From contig NC_043002.1 of assembly GCF_006345805.1 (NCBI RefSeq), positions 114,452,001 to 114,516,000 of the forward strand: a stretch of DNA of 64,000 nucleotides, given 5' to 3'. Positions 25,201 through 37,442 of the stretch are shown here, piece after piece. This DNA is from Octopus sinensis (Eukaryota). Under the pieces are notes generated by a model. The model made no database searches. It was not told the origin of the DNA and saw only the letters and a program-made list of their open reading frames with translations. Position 1 is the stretch's first letter. The number at the start of each line of letters is the position of its first letter. Made by a program: the position numbers and the translations under genes.

Positions 25201-25361
25201 GCAGGGAATACCGCGACTGGAGGTCGCCTTCATGGATCTCGCCAAGGCCTTCGACACAGTCTCGCACTCGTTGGTGTATGCGGGACTGCGAAGGCTTGGG
25301 TTCCACGAACACGTTATAGCGCTCGCGGAGTGGATCTATGAAGGTAGCACTACCAAATTCT
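22299..25361 (+). mobile_element. R2-like (R2-A architecture) non-LTR retrotransposon, 3'-truncated and pseudogenised
   Basis: Zinc fingers CPL(Y)PQRF..KHIDRGH, CHKCDRESGDFHSLRCHDGKC and CDHCSRPFLTAVDRSQHVRHKH; Myb-like WSDEEVAILAENE; RT motifs YARHQNLFHKDR, SSVAGPDG, NWRPLTI, AQRGFIRADGCSEN and FMDLAKAFDTVSH. GC-rich relative to the flanks. Confidence 0.85.
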
Positions 25362-25577
25362 CATGATCATAAGGTTGTAGTTTCGATTCCTGGACTGGGC
25401 GATGCGTTGTGTTCTTGAGCAAAACACTTCATTTCACGTTGCTCCAGTCCACTCAGCTGGCAAAAATGAGTAATCCTGCGACGGACCGGCGTCCCATCCA
25501 GGTGTGGAATTTCCACACCGCTGAAAACGAGAAACCGGCTCTTATGAGCCTTGCATGGCTCGAGAAGGAACATTTAT
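25362..25577 (+). mobile_element. SINE family D, 5'-truncated
   Basis: Matches the reverse complement of 5592-5846. Confidence 0.85.
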
Positions 25578-25785
25578 GATATATATATATATATAAGTAA
25601 AAGTGACAGGCAACAAGTTGCTTGACCGCATACCGAAAAATTAGAAATAGCAGTCAAGACTGTTTATTTCTATTTTCTACAAGTGGGGCTCCACCGTTAA
25701 TCGGGTATATTTACATACCGAATTCTACCAGTAAATAATTGTGGGTTTTTTTTAAAAACCATTATAGAAATTATCTACTCTTATT

Positions 25786-25850
<65 letters not shown>

Positions 25851-25907
25851 TATATATTTCTATATATCTGTACATATATACAGACATAATATATATGCGG
25901 TATTCAT

Positions 25908-25955
<48 letters not shown>

Positions 25956-25983
25956 TATTTCATACCATACACATGTATATATA

Positions 25984-26209
25984 TCTTTACTACCCACAAG
26001 GGGCTAAACATAGAGAGGACAAACAAGGACTGACAAACGGAATAAGTCGATTACATCGACCCCAGTGCGAAACTGGTACTTAATTTATCGACCCCGAAAG
26101 GATGAAAGGCAAAGTCGACCTCGGCGGAATTTGAACTCAGAACGTAACGACAGACGAAATACCGCTAAGCATTTCGCCCGGCGCGCTAACATTTCTGCCA
26201 GCTCGCCGC
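25984..26209 (-). mobile_element. SINE family B
   Basis: Full head, core and Tx1-type tail. Confidence 0.9.
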
Positions 26210-26471
26210 ACATGTAAAAGCATATGTAAAACACCCAACCACACACACACACACTCACACACAGACACACACGCACACATGCACAAACATACATATGTAA
26301 TTAGGTATAGATATGCATAAGTGTAAATGTGCTTATATTTGTGTAAGTACATCCATATATGCACATGTATGCCAATTTGCTTTTATACTTGGTACCCTGA
26401 ACTGATGACAGTAAGTGTACGAATATATTTCTATATATTGCAAACGTATGTTTGTGTGTGTGTGTGTGTGA

Positions 26472-26503
<32 letters not shown>

Positions 26504-26532
26504 CATTATATACATATACATATATATATACA

Positions 26533-26681
<149 letters not shown>

Positions 26682-27400
26682 GTATGTGTTATATGATGTG
26701 TGTGCGAATATACAGTTACTGTAGTTCTATATATAACATATATAATATATATATATATATATACGTTCTTGAACGCCGAAAATAGAACTGTATTCACAAA
26801 CAGACATATTCACATATATAAATATATACTTCCTTGAAAGAACCCTAGTAACAGCTTAAAAGATACCCTTACTTTCCAACATTAAATATAACCATCTTGC
26901 TTAGTAGAAGCCACCTGTCTAAATTCAACAAATTTTCAACACAAATCATCACAAATCATTGTGTAACATATCTGTGACCTCTAGTGCTATACAAATTTAA
27001 CATACAATTCTTGTATTTACATACATGCTCGGTGTTTCCTAACAATAATAAATCAAAAAATTTTATAATTCTTTATTGCAAGTAGACCCAATTTAGCGGG
27101 AAGCGCCCAAATGGTTTCAACAACTGTGAAACCAGAAAAATGTCTTTACCATCCCTTCCATATATTCCCACTCTATAATCATTTTATGTTCCCTTTTTTT
27201 TCTCTTTTTTTATCTTCCTCTCCCGTTCCTTATTCTTTTGCTTATTCTTTAGTTGTTTTTGTTCAGCTAATAAAATTATGCAGTAAAATATTTACCATGA
27301 AGTACGCTGGTCCACCAAACTTACCCTGCTGCTACATTGCTTTTCCCAGAAATGGGCCTTTGAAAAATTTATACTTAAATTCTGGAAACCATATTAATTT

Positions 27401-27443
27401 AGAGTCAGACAAAGGCTACATTGTCGAAACTTGAAGTCACTGT
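27401..27443 (+). ncRNA. Degenerate hammerhead-like motif
   Basis: agagu CAGACAA a ggc uacauu guc GAAA cuugaag UC acugu. Two core changes; lies shortly upstream of the (CA)n tract at 27518-27607. Confidence 0.35.
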
Positions 27444-27515
27444 CAGCGATACATAGGCTATTCTATGGAAAAATATTGAGTGATTCTTCGGTGTAATATT
27501 TTCATATGTATAACT

Positions 27516-27553
<38 letters not shown>

Positions 27554-27575
27554 ACACACCACACACACACACACA

Positions 27576-27607
<32 letters not shown>

Positions 27608-27814
27608 TCTTAAGTATGCGTGTCCCGTCTGTCACGCTAGGGAAAGAAGAGTAAAACATGAGAGTGGGAGTGGGTGACAGTCACAGATGTTAAAATAGGC
27701 GAACAGCATTCAATGCTTTTGCTCTGAGCACGCTGATATTTTAATCAAAATAAAACTGCAATTTTTATCGTAAATTGTATTTACTTATCCAGTTTCACAC
27801 ACATGCCCCCCGCC

Positions 27815-28790
27815 CCAGCCAGAATCCAGCTGCAACTGTCGTGACCCAGAATCCTGCACGCTTGACTTGACCAACGATGTATGACTAAATCCATCATATA
27901 TGACGCAGAAGTTACTGCAACCCTAAATAATAATACGACTGATAAGAAGACCTATACTGGGTTATGTGAAGGTGAATGTAAAAATCACTAAGACAATCAC
28001 ATAGCCTTCTTCCGACAGGGACAAAAGTAAAGCTACTAAGTTGGCTGGCTATGTATGGATTTTGAAAGATAACGAAACACCGCATGTGAGTAAATCAGGG
28101 CCGTCGTAAGCCCCTGAAACCCCTGCGATCGCAAGAGACCTCCGCAGTTGAGGGTCTCCATGTTAAGATCAAAGTACGTAGATGAGTCATCTATTTTCTT
28201 TGGTTACGATGTTGAACAAGAATTGAACTATATTAACTGAAAATTTCAAGAAATAAAATGGTAATACATTGTACCTGAAAAAGTTCTTGCAAAAATATTA
28301 CATTGTACCACGAATATGTACCAGACTTTGTGAAATGTCTATGATATCTATCGAACACGAACTTAGATCTCAGCTTGATTATTCTGAACTGATCGATGAT
28401 TTTGCAAAGTGAAAAGTGCGCCGTGTTTGTCTTTGAAAGTTGCCTGGATTATAAAAGTTCTCTTTTATTCATATCTGGAAGTTTTGCTTATTGAAATTCG
28501 TAATAGACCTAAATAAATTTAACATATACTTTTAAAGATGTTCTTTAGGATATCTGAAATATTGAACTTCAGATAGAATAAAGTAAAATATAGCAATGAG
28601 TAAAGGGTGCGTGGATTAGGGTCCTCTAAAAGTCACGCGACAGAGCTGGAGTAAATGGAAAGTTATTGAGAAACTCATCCCTCATGTGAAAGGATCGAAT
28701 AAATGCAGACTTTGGCTGAAAGAGCGCATATCCATTTCAGATCTAAGATCCCTAACTCTCTTTCCAACTCCAGGTCAGAAATGTCTTTTA
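27815..28790 (+). mobile_element. PLE GIY-YIG endonuclease remnant interrupted by a hAT insertion
   Basis: CNCRDPESC..CMTKSIIYDAEV..KKTYTGLCEG..LAGYVWILKD | KWKVIEKLIPHVKGSNKCRLWLKE..LSNSRSE, with stops and frameshifts. Confidence 0.75.
28096..28648 (+). mobile_element. Internally deleted hAT transposon with 8-bp TSD
   Basis: TSD gagtaaat at 28088-28095 and 28649-28656. Ends are cagggccgtcg / cgacagagctg. Internal LCEMSMISIEHELRSQLDYSELIDDFAK*KVRRV matches a hAT transposase C-terminus. Confidence 0.85.
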
Positions 28791-28809
28791 AAAATATTTC
28801 CGTAGTTTT

Positions 28810-29720
28810 CACCCTATTAGTCTCCTTCGATGTAGTCAGCCTCTATTCTAATATCCCCCACAGCCTAGAAACAGAGGCAATTCAATTCTGGCTTGATAAT
28901 TGCGCCAATGAACTCCCACATCGCATCAAAAAAGAATTCGTAATAGAAGGGCTAATATTCATCTTGGAGAATAACTACTTTGTCTTCAAAGACAACTATC
29001 GACAAAAATCGGGGACTGCGATGGGTACGAGAATGGCCCCCTCCTTTGCTAACCTAGTCATGGGATATCTAGAAATCAGTCTTTATCGTAAGGTGCTAGA
29101 AAAATACGGCAAACCATTCTCCCTCTACATAGAAAATAACTGGAAGAGGTATCTGGATGACTGATTCATTCTTTGGCATGAAAGTATAGAGAGACTTAAA
29201 GAATTTCAAGCACTTATAAATGGACTTGACGTAAGTATTCAATTCCTTCCTTTCTTCGACATCCTCGTTAAGAAATCTAACAACTAAATAGAAACAGATA
29301 TATACTATAAGCCAACGGACTCCAAGCAACATCTACCGTTCAACTCATACCAATGAATATCTCTTTCAGCTTAGCAAAATGGATTTGTACTATAGTTTCT
29401 AATACAAGCACCAGGGACACACGACTACATGAACTAAAGGATACACTCATTGCCAGAAACTATCCACCATCACTAATTGCTATAATATGCTTTCAACGTA
29501 TCCTACAACTCAACATCCACGATCTCAGGTATTCCAGATTAAAGAAGGATTTACAACCAAAAGCCCAACCATACATCTCCACACACAACCCTCTTAACAA
29601 TGAAGTCTTCGACACCATCCTCCAGAACATTCTTCTACTAAAAAGGGACCACAGAATGAATTTAATCATCCAAACGCACACAATCATAAAGAGCAGAAGA
29701 CAGCCCAAATCTCTGAAAAG
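28810..29720 (+). mobile_element. Penelope-like (Neptune-type) reverse transcriptase remnant
   Basis: LVSFDVVSLYSNIPH, YRQKSGTAMGTRMAPSFANLVMG, WKRYLDD, LPFFDILV, ETDIYYKPTDSKQHL, RNYPPSLI and PYISTHNP. Confidence 0.9.
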
Positions 29721-30095
29721 AGTAGAGGGTGAGCTAGTTAAGAAGTTAGAAGAGGCAATAAGAAGCGGCATCACATCCGACGTTTTGGCGGCGAGGTTGA
29801 CCCTCGACCAACACTTCAATGCCAAACACGAAGGGTGTGCTGTCAGGGCTAGGATGCGTGCTCTAAGGATGGAAGGTGTTGGAGCCGCGAGAGAGGCCCG
29901 GGTGGCGGAGGCGCAACGGGGCAACAAAGCCACCATTCGGTCTCTGGTAGATGAACAGGGACGCGAGTTGCTCGAGCCGAGCAAGATGTGCGAGGCATTT
30001 CAGCAGCATTTTGCCCGACTGTTCGGGAGGAGTGGCGAGCAAGAACACAGTTTGAACTTCAGTGACTACCTGCACAGCCTGCCACGACTCTCGAC
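29721..30095 (+). mobile_element. L1/Tx1 ORF2 fragment (EN-RT linker)
   Basis: EGCAVRARMRALRMEG..ATIRSLVDEQGRELLEPSKMCEAFQQHFARLF..DYLHSLPRLS. Confidence 0.7.
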
Positions 30096-30104
30096 ATATT
30101 ATAT

Positions 30105-30430
30105 TAGTTGAATATAAAGATCAACATTTCCTTCGTCAGCTCAAGATTTCTTTTGATTTGGATTTGAGAGCACTAAAAATCGAACATACCCATCTGATAT
30201 GAGTAATCCCAGACAAACCATCTTCGACCGCTAGTACCAACGAATTCAAAAAGTACAAATGAGGCTTTGCATTCTTCCCCTTCCACTCACGTGAGTTATA
30301 GAGCAACAAATTCCTACAGAAAGAACTAGTTTAATATCGGGGAGAGAGAATTATATTTTTAGTGCTCTCAAATCCAAATCTAAAGAAATCTTGAGCTGAC
30401 GAAGGATATGTTGATCTTTATATTCAACTA
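30105..30430. repeat. Inverted repeat (30105-30180 / 30355-30430)
   Basis: ~76-bp arms that contain CTGACGA but no downstream GAAA. Confidence 0.85.
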
Positions 30431-30968
30431 TATGGCAGTCTATAAATAAAAGTCTAAAGCTGTCGCTGATTAGCCCCAAGAGGCCACCGCCCTAGCTAGC
30501 TCTATGACATACGAACCTGCGTCCGTTACAACCTTCGAACAGGGGAGGTCAGCCGCTTCACCTTGCTAGTCAGACATCTGCAGACATTATATATGGTATA
30601 TATGGGCTGACATATGATATATATTATATCCATGTAAAGATGATAAATATATCTTTAGAGAGACTTAGTAATTTTAATATTTCTATTATTGAAAACAAGT
30701 GGATGTATTCCACTGTAACTAGGTAAATAAAATCTTCGAACAGACGGTCAGTAGCGACGCCTGCTGGTTCTGACTACGCTGCATTGATAAAGGGCAACAA
30801 CCCTGAAACATGTCTGCAGATGTCTGACTAGCAAGGTGAAGCGGCTGACCTCCCCTGTTCGAAGGTTGCAATGGACGCAGGTTCTTGTGTCATATAGCTA
30901 GCTAGAGGCGGTGGCCTCTTGGAGCTAATCAGCGACAGCTTTAGTCTTTTATTTATAGACTGCCATAT
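30430..30968. repeat. Inverted repeat (30430-30587 / 30810-30968) enclosing a hammerhead
   Basis: ~158-bp arms atatggcagtc...tctgcagacat / atgtctgcaga...gactgccatat. Confidence 0.9.
30779..30819 (+). ncRNA. Minimal hammerhead with decayed core
   Basis: cugca UUGAUAA aggg caacaa cccu GAAA caug UC ugcag. All three stems are intact. Confidence 0.6.
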
Positions 30969-31033
30969 TAGTATGGCGATAACTATTAATATATATATAT
31001 ATATGCATATGTATGTATTTATGTATCTATGTG

Positions 31034-31065
<32 letters not shown>

Positions 31066-31372
31066 TGTATGTATGTATGTATGTATGCATGCATGTATGT
31101 ATGTATGTATGTATATGTAGCAATGTTTTCTCCCGTTGTGCTGACGTGCCATTTTCTATCATTAATAAAGCTGTCGGCATTTTTGTCGAATCGCGTATGC
31201 TTGTTATATTATATGATATATCAATGTTTGTTTTATGTTCAGTTACAATAAAAAAATTTACATTAATCTGACGGGTTACCCTGTAGTTTTGTTGAGTGCC
31301 AATTTATTATTCTTATACAAGAATTTGTTGACAATGATTTCGAAATAACTGTCAACAACATTCTTGAGTATG

Positions 31373-31422
<50 letters not shown>

Positions 31423-32073
31423 ATATGGGTATAGGACGTCACCAACAGTAAGCAACTTGAAATACGAAAACAAGATTTCAATACACAAACTAATTGAAAA
31501 CAGGACAAGTAACACAGATAACAACACTTCATCAGTTGTCGGCTGTCTATCTACTCTTCATTTCGAACACTGAACGACAATATGAGTCTTCGAAGGCAGT
31601 TGCTCCCGTAAGTATCGAAATAAAATTTGGGATTTATGGTGAGTCAAAGTTGGGAACAAAAATAGGACAGTGGAGACATACAAGGGAACCGAATGAAAAC
31701 AAATATGGAGGGTCGTTAGACCAGAACGAGGTTAAAATAGAGGACGCCGGAGAAATATTTTATTTGACAAGAGAAAAGATAGAAGTGAGAAATATAGGTC
31801 ACGTCCAGTCCTTAGGACAGTCCTGAAAGAAAAGAAAGATGATCACGTGAGTAAAAGAAATATGGACGATGGTCATGTGTGAGTAACGGAAGAGAGAAAA
31901 GGAGAAAGAGGTAGGAAAGAGAGACAGATAGAAAACGGTGAAGGGGCGAAAAAGGGAAATTAGAGAAAATGATGGATAAAACGATGGGAGAGAAAACTGT
32001 AAAGAGTCGCCTCAAAACGATTGAGATGAACTTACCTGGAAATGGATGCGTGGCGTGTGTGTATGTGTGTGTG

Positions 32074-32110
<37 letters not shown>

Positions 32111-32124
32111 CGTTAGCGTGATCC

Positions 32125-32530
32125 ATACTCTTTTTACTCTTTTACTCTTTTACTTGTTTCAGTCATTTGACTGTGGCCATGCTGGAGCAGCACCAAATCG
32201 ACCCCGGGACTTATTCTTTTGTAAGCCCAGTACTTATTCTATCGGTCTCTTTTGCCGAACTGCTAAGTGATGGAGATATAAACACACCAGCATCGGTTGT
32301 CAAGCAACGCTAGGGGGGACAAACATATACACACAAACACATACATATATATATATATACATATATACGACAGGCTTCTTTCAGTTTCCGTCTACCAAAT
32401 CCACTCACAAGGCTTTGGTCGGCCCGGGGCTATAGCAGAAGACACTTGCCCAAGATGCCACGCAGTGGGACTGAACCCGGAACCATGTGGTTGGTAAACA
32501 AGCTACTTACCACACAGCCACTCCTGCGCC
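32125..32530 (-). mobile_element. SINE family A
   Basis: Full-length reverse copy. Confidence 0.9.
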
Positions 32531-34087
32531 ATGGAAATTCTTATTTTAATTTTCATGCACAAATTCATCAGATCTTAATAAAATTATTTCATTCTGCTAA
32601 AATTTCGATTATGTCTTCAGTTTTATAACTTAATTCTGTTGAAAGTTTTACACTCCAACTCGCTTCACTTTGATAAAGATTTCGATTGTAATTGATTTCT
32701 TTCTGTAGTTAAAAGTGTTACATGCGTAACTCTGAGGATGTATCGAGACAAGCAAAATAATATTACACATAATTCTTTCAATGCTAAATTTCCATGGTCA
32801 ATGTGTGTGATATATGTACATGTGCTTATTGTTAATGAAAATTAACTTTTCTGAAGAACGTAGTTTCCCTCCTTCTCATCCTCTCTCGCTTCCCTCACCT
32901 TCTTCATAATGATTTCTGGGGTAAATTTATTTTTCTGATTAATCTTAATCAGCAAAAAAGGAGATAGTGACATAAAAAACAAAACAAAACAACACGTTTA
33001 TTTAAAAACATTGATGTAAACTTTCCTAGATTTATCCATTCGATCAACTGTAGAAAATTTGAATCTTCTACAAAATTTTCTAGAATTATTCATTTTAACG
33101 ATTAAGGCGTTTACTGTGGTTCAACTTTAAGTTAATTAGGGTTCTCTGTACTAAAATTTCTTGAAATGATTTTCACAGCACTAACTATGATGATCTCTAA
33201 GAATACAATTTGATAAATCAAAAAGATGGACCTATTTAAAGTTATTTTAGCTGATGATCACGCAGTAGATCATGAGTTTGTTATCTCTGAGAAGGTAGCA
33301 TTATAACTTTTTCAAATTATTTATGTTTTAGATTTTATTTCTTGGTGATATTTTACCGACAAAATAATTTATTGAAGAAGGAATATATTATCCCAGTTTC
33401 AATAAGATAAAATAATTTGTGCCGACAAAATGGATTTGAGCCCTCACTTATATGTTATAAACTAAGTTAAGTGCTGAAATTTATGATTGTTGAACTCATT
33501 TTCATTTTTATTTTCTTTATACTTGAAAATTCTATTTAAAACATAGAAGTCATATAAATATGGGTAGATATGGACAATATACTTTAAGTGATTGAGTGAA
33601 GGTGGTTATTCGACTGAGAACTACTGCTGCTGATGATTATAATTGTTTACGGAGTAAGAGAGGAAGAGAGCGATTACTGTGAGATGATAGGAAGGGTGAA
33701 TGTTCTTAAGGGGAAATAGCAGCTTCGTGAGAGATCTTTTTCCTGTGAGTAAAAGAGCATATAACGTTTCCATATTTCATGAAATCCATTTATTTATTCC
33801 TGTAATTGTAGACAGCACCATTTCCCCCTCACTCAGGGTTTGCCAACACAACATAACTTGAGAACTTGAAATTGTAATTTAAAAGACCTAAGAGTTGAGT
33901 AAATATATTTCACATACAAATAAACTTTATTTATAAAAGCACATTTCGTCTTACGAACTGGAATCTTATAATTGGTTCCGTAGTGCTTGCTGCTGAATAT
34001 TCCTTATTCTAGAAATCTGGAAATATTAAGAAGGGTCTTAATTTTCTACTTGAAACCTAGCCAGGACGACACTGCTTTAAAAGTTCT

Positions 34088-34480
34088 AGGTGCAGACGTG
34101 GTTGTGTAGTAAGAAGCTTCCTTCCCAACCACAAGGTTCCGGGCTCAGTTTCCCTGCATGGTGCCTGGGGCAGATGTCTTCTACTATATCCTCGGGTCGA
34201 TCAAAGCCTTGTGAGTGAATTTAGTGGTCGGAAACTGAAAGATGCCCGTCGTGTATATATATATATATATGCGTGTGTGTGTGTTCTCCACCACCGCTTG
34301 ACAACCGGTGTTGGTGTGTTCATGTTCCGCAACTTAGCGGTTCTGCAAAAAGGGACCGATAGAATAGGTAGCAGGCTTAACATAAAGAAGTACTGGGGTG
34401 GACTCAATCTACCAAAAATTCTCCAAGGCGGTGTTCCAGCATGGCCGCAGTCAAATGACTAAAACAAGTGAAAGGTAAAA
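34088..34480 (+). mobile_element. SINE family A, diverged
   Basis: Head, core and tail are recognisable. Confidence 0.85.
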
Positions 34481-37226
34481 AAGAAGATTAAATATATCAA
34501 AGGATAACATCCAATGTTACAAAAAACTTTAAGAGGCTATTTTTTTTTATTCATGAAAAATTCGGAATGAAAATCAGAGGTATGTCCTACCTCTTCTATG
34601 GTTTTGATTATTTTAATATCGTGGTCATTGATTGATGTATTTCTGCTTTACTTGTTTACTATCTATGACTCCGAACAGCAGTGCCGGAAGAGTAGGTAGT
34701 GGTTAATATGCATACAAGTAACATGAAAAGTTCCAAGTTCAAATTCTTCTCTGTATTATTTAAGTTTTTTCTCACACTTGTATGATAGAATGGTTTTTCT
34801 GATTAACATCAATCCATACACTGATCAACTCTTCAACTGTATTTAGATACCGTAAAATGTAATCAGTGTGGTCGTTGTTAATTTCCACAACTGATCTGTT
34901 GTATATGTAGGACGCATTAGAAAAGATAAAAGATAACTATCTTAGTGGATCATAAATACAAAATCTTTCATTAGCATCTTAACGATTCGATTGCTTGAGA
35001 GATTTGAACACGTCTTTATAGATCAAGGCCTAAATCCTCTGCAAACCGAGATTGTACTTCGGGTTCAGGTTCCAGATGAAGCTATTTAAGTTAGTGTGCA
35101 TGTGAATGCCAAACTTTCGGTTTCCAAACCCTAAATAAATGCTTTGGCAAAAAAGGAACTTTACTTCGATAGGGGTATTGCATTTACTAGCGGAAATATT
35201 AGTTACTTCGTACTTAGTGCTTTTTTTTTAATTTAAGAATTTTTCTTTAAGAGTATATGCTGGGCAATCACAAGATTCCAGGCCCCACTCCTACTACGTG
35301 ACACCTTGAGGAACTGTTTCCTAGTGTTTTACGTCAGTAAAATTGGGTATACATAAGTTGTGTGGAAACTAGTAAGAAGGACTGTAACTAATTCAGAGAG
35401 ACATGTTTGTGGCATAAAGTGTGATGCTGAATCTATCTGAGATTAAAATTATTAAGTCTCATCTGGGGTTAGTTGCGAGAAAATTAGCAAATTGATCACT
35501 GAGTTTCTCCAGAGTATACATATCCAGTAAATTCGATAACTTGTTTTTCAATTATGTTTGATGTATTATATACCTACCCCTTATTAGGGTCAATACTTAT
35601 TTCATTGATTCAAGAAGTATAATTGGCTAAATCAATATTAGAGTCAAATTTGAAACACTGGAAAATATTTACCGAGAATTTTACCAGCAAATACCCAACA
35701 CCGCCTTCAAACTGAAAATTATTGTGTCCTGCTATTCTTTTTTCTTTCTTTACAGGTACTACAGCTTTCTCTCGATTAGTGTCAGATGTACTTGGTATCT
35801 GCTAATTAGCGTGAATTTCTTTTTTTTTTTTTTGTAAAGTATTATTATGTGAAAAAAGTCTAAAATAAAAATGTGAAAATATATATGAAAAACTTAATGA
35901 TGTGATATTCTTTAGACATGAATTGAACTTAATTTGTTTAGAGTTCCTTAAATGCAGTTTCATATGACATAGCTTTGAGAAATAAGTCGAGATACGGTGT
36001 CTGGATTACGTTATTTAATTTGCTTGTAGCCAATTTTTTTAGTTCTTGTTTGTAGGTATTTTAGCTGGTAAGATTTTTCACGTTAGGAATACATCTATGA
36101 CGTAAATCTTACGGTTCATTTAAGTCTCAGAACAGAAATTACCAAATAACTAGTGGGTATTTTAAATTTATGTTCAGCATTGCTCATAAATATAATGAAA
36201 TAAGCAGCATGGATCATTGTTGATTAGGAGAGGAACAGTTATAAGATAGCTGAAGAGATAGATGCCTTATTAGAGCCTACGGTAACGTGGGCTGATAGCT
36301 TAGTTGAGTTATAACTTCTAAAAAAAAAAAAAGGTGTGTATATTAAAAAAAAATATTTCTCTTATTTTTGCTGTCAGTTTTGTAATGTGTTGCCCTTAGC
36401 AAGAACTTGGCCCTTAAACTAATAACTTATTTGGCTTATTTCCAATTAATCCATTTCTGAGTCCGAAAATAGTTTATTTTAATGATATGAATCAGCAAAG
36501 GTTGAAAGAGAGTGAGAATGGGACAGGACAACTCTAAATGAGAATTATTGTCTTGTAAGAACATTATATTCATAATATGACGGAAAATTAGGCTTAATAT
36601 AATGGTTGGCATCAAGTGTTTGCAGTAAAACTTTCGATAGTGTAATCTAAAACGTAAGAGACGCCAACTTCTGGTGAATATTATGGGATTCAAGAATTAG
36701 TATAAGGGCAATCAGTTCAAACTAATTATCATGCTAATGCGAAAGATTTAGAATTTAATTTTCTGGGATTATGTTAATACCGGACGAAAGGAATTGAAAG
36801 AGTATCATACTAATTTGGTGCCAGTTAGATTTTCTTGTTGGAACCAAATGAATACGAAAGAAATATATGACTGGCTATACCAAGCATGGGTGTCTGCATT
36901 TCACATTTCCGATTTTGAATCGTGATAAAGTTAGATACACATTTCTTTCTCTGGAGAATTAGGTATCAAATAGCAGATACTTTTACTATGAGTTAATTGA
37001 ACTCATCATTCACCATTATGGTACGTGTCGCTTGAAGATGTTCGGTGCGTAATTGAGGTGTTTTAAAAGAAAACCGAGCAGTCTCGGTGAATCAATACCA
37101 AGGAACGAATTGAGATCGTGGTCTGTAACAAAATAAAATGTTTACTAAGAAAGACAAACATTTTCTTCTTTATTTGACTAAGAGAATGCTGCAATATTTG
37201 CTCAAGAATATTAATTGTCAATGTGA

Positions 37227-37442
37227 AGGCAGCGAGCTGGCAGAATGTAACCATTCCGCACTGGGTAAAATGCTTAGCGGCATTTCGCACGTCTTTATGT
37301 TGTGAGTTCAATTTCCACCGATGTCAACTTTGCCTTTCATCCTTTCGGGGTTGATAAAATTAGGATCAGTTAAGTAGTGGGGTCGATGTAATCGACTTAC
37401 GTGCTCCCTAAAGTTGCTGGCCCTGTATCAAAATTTGAAATC
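37227..37442 (+). mobile_element. SINE family B
   Basis: ggcagcgagctggcagaa head and core. Confidence 0.85.

Noticed and set aside
27815-29720. Single PLE with N-terminal GIY-YIG (Naiad/Chlamys-type domain order)
   Set aside because: The RT starts abruptly at an internal motif and the EN is of the C-terminal type, so two juxtaposed fragments are more plausible.
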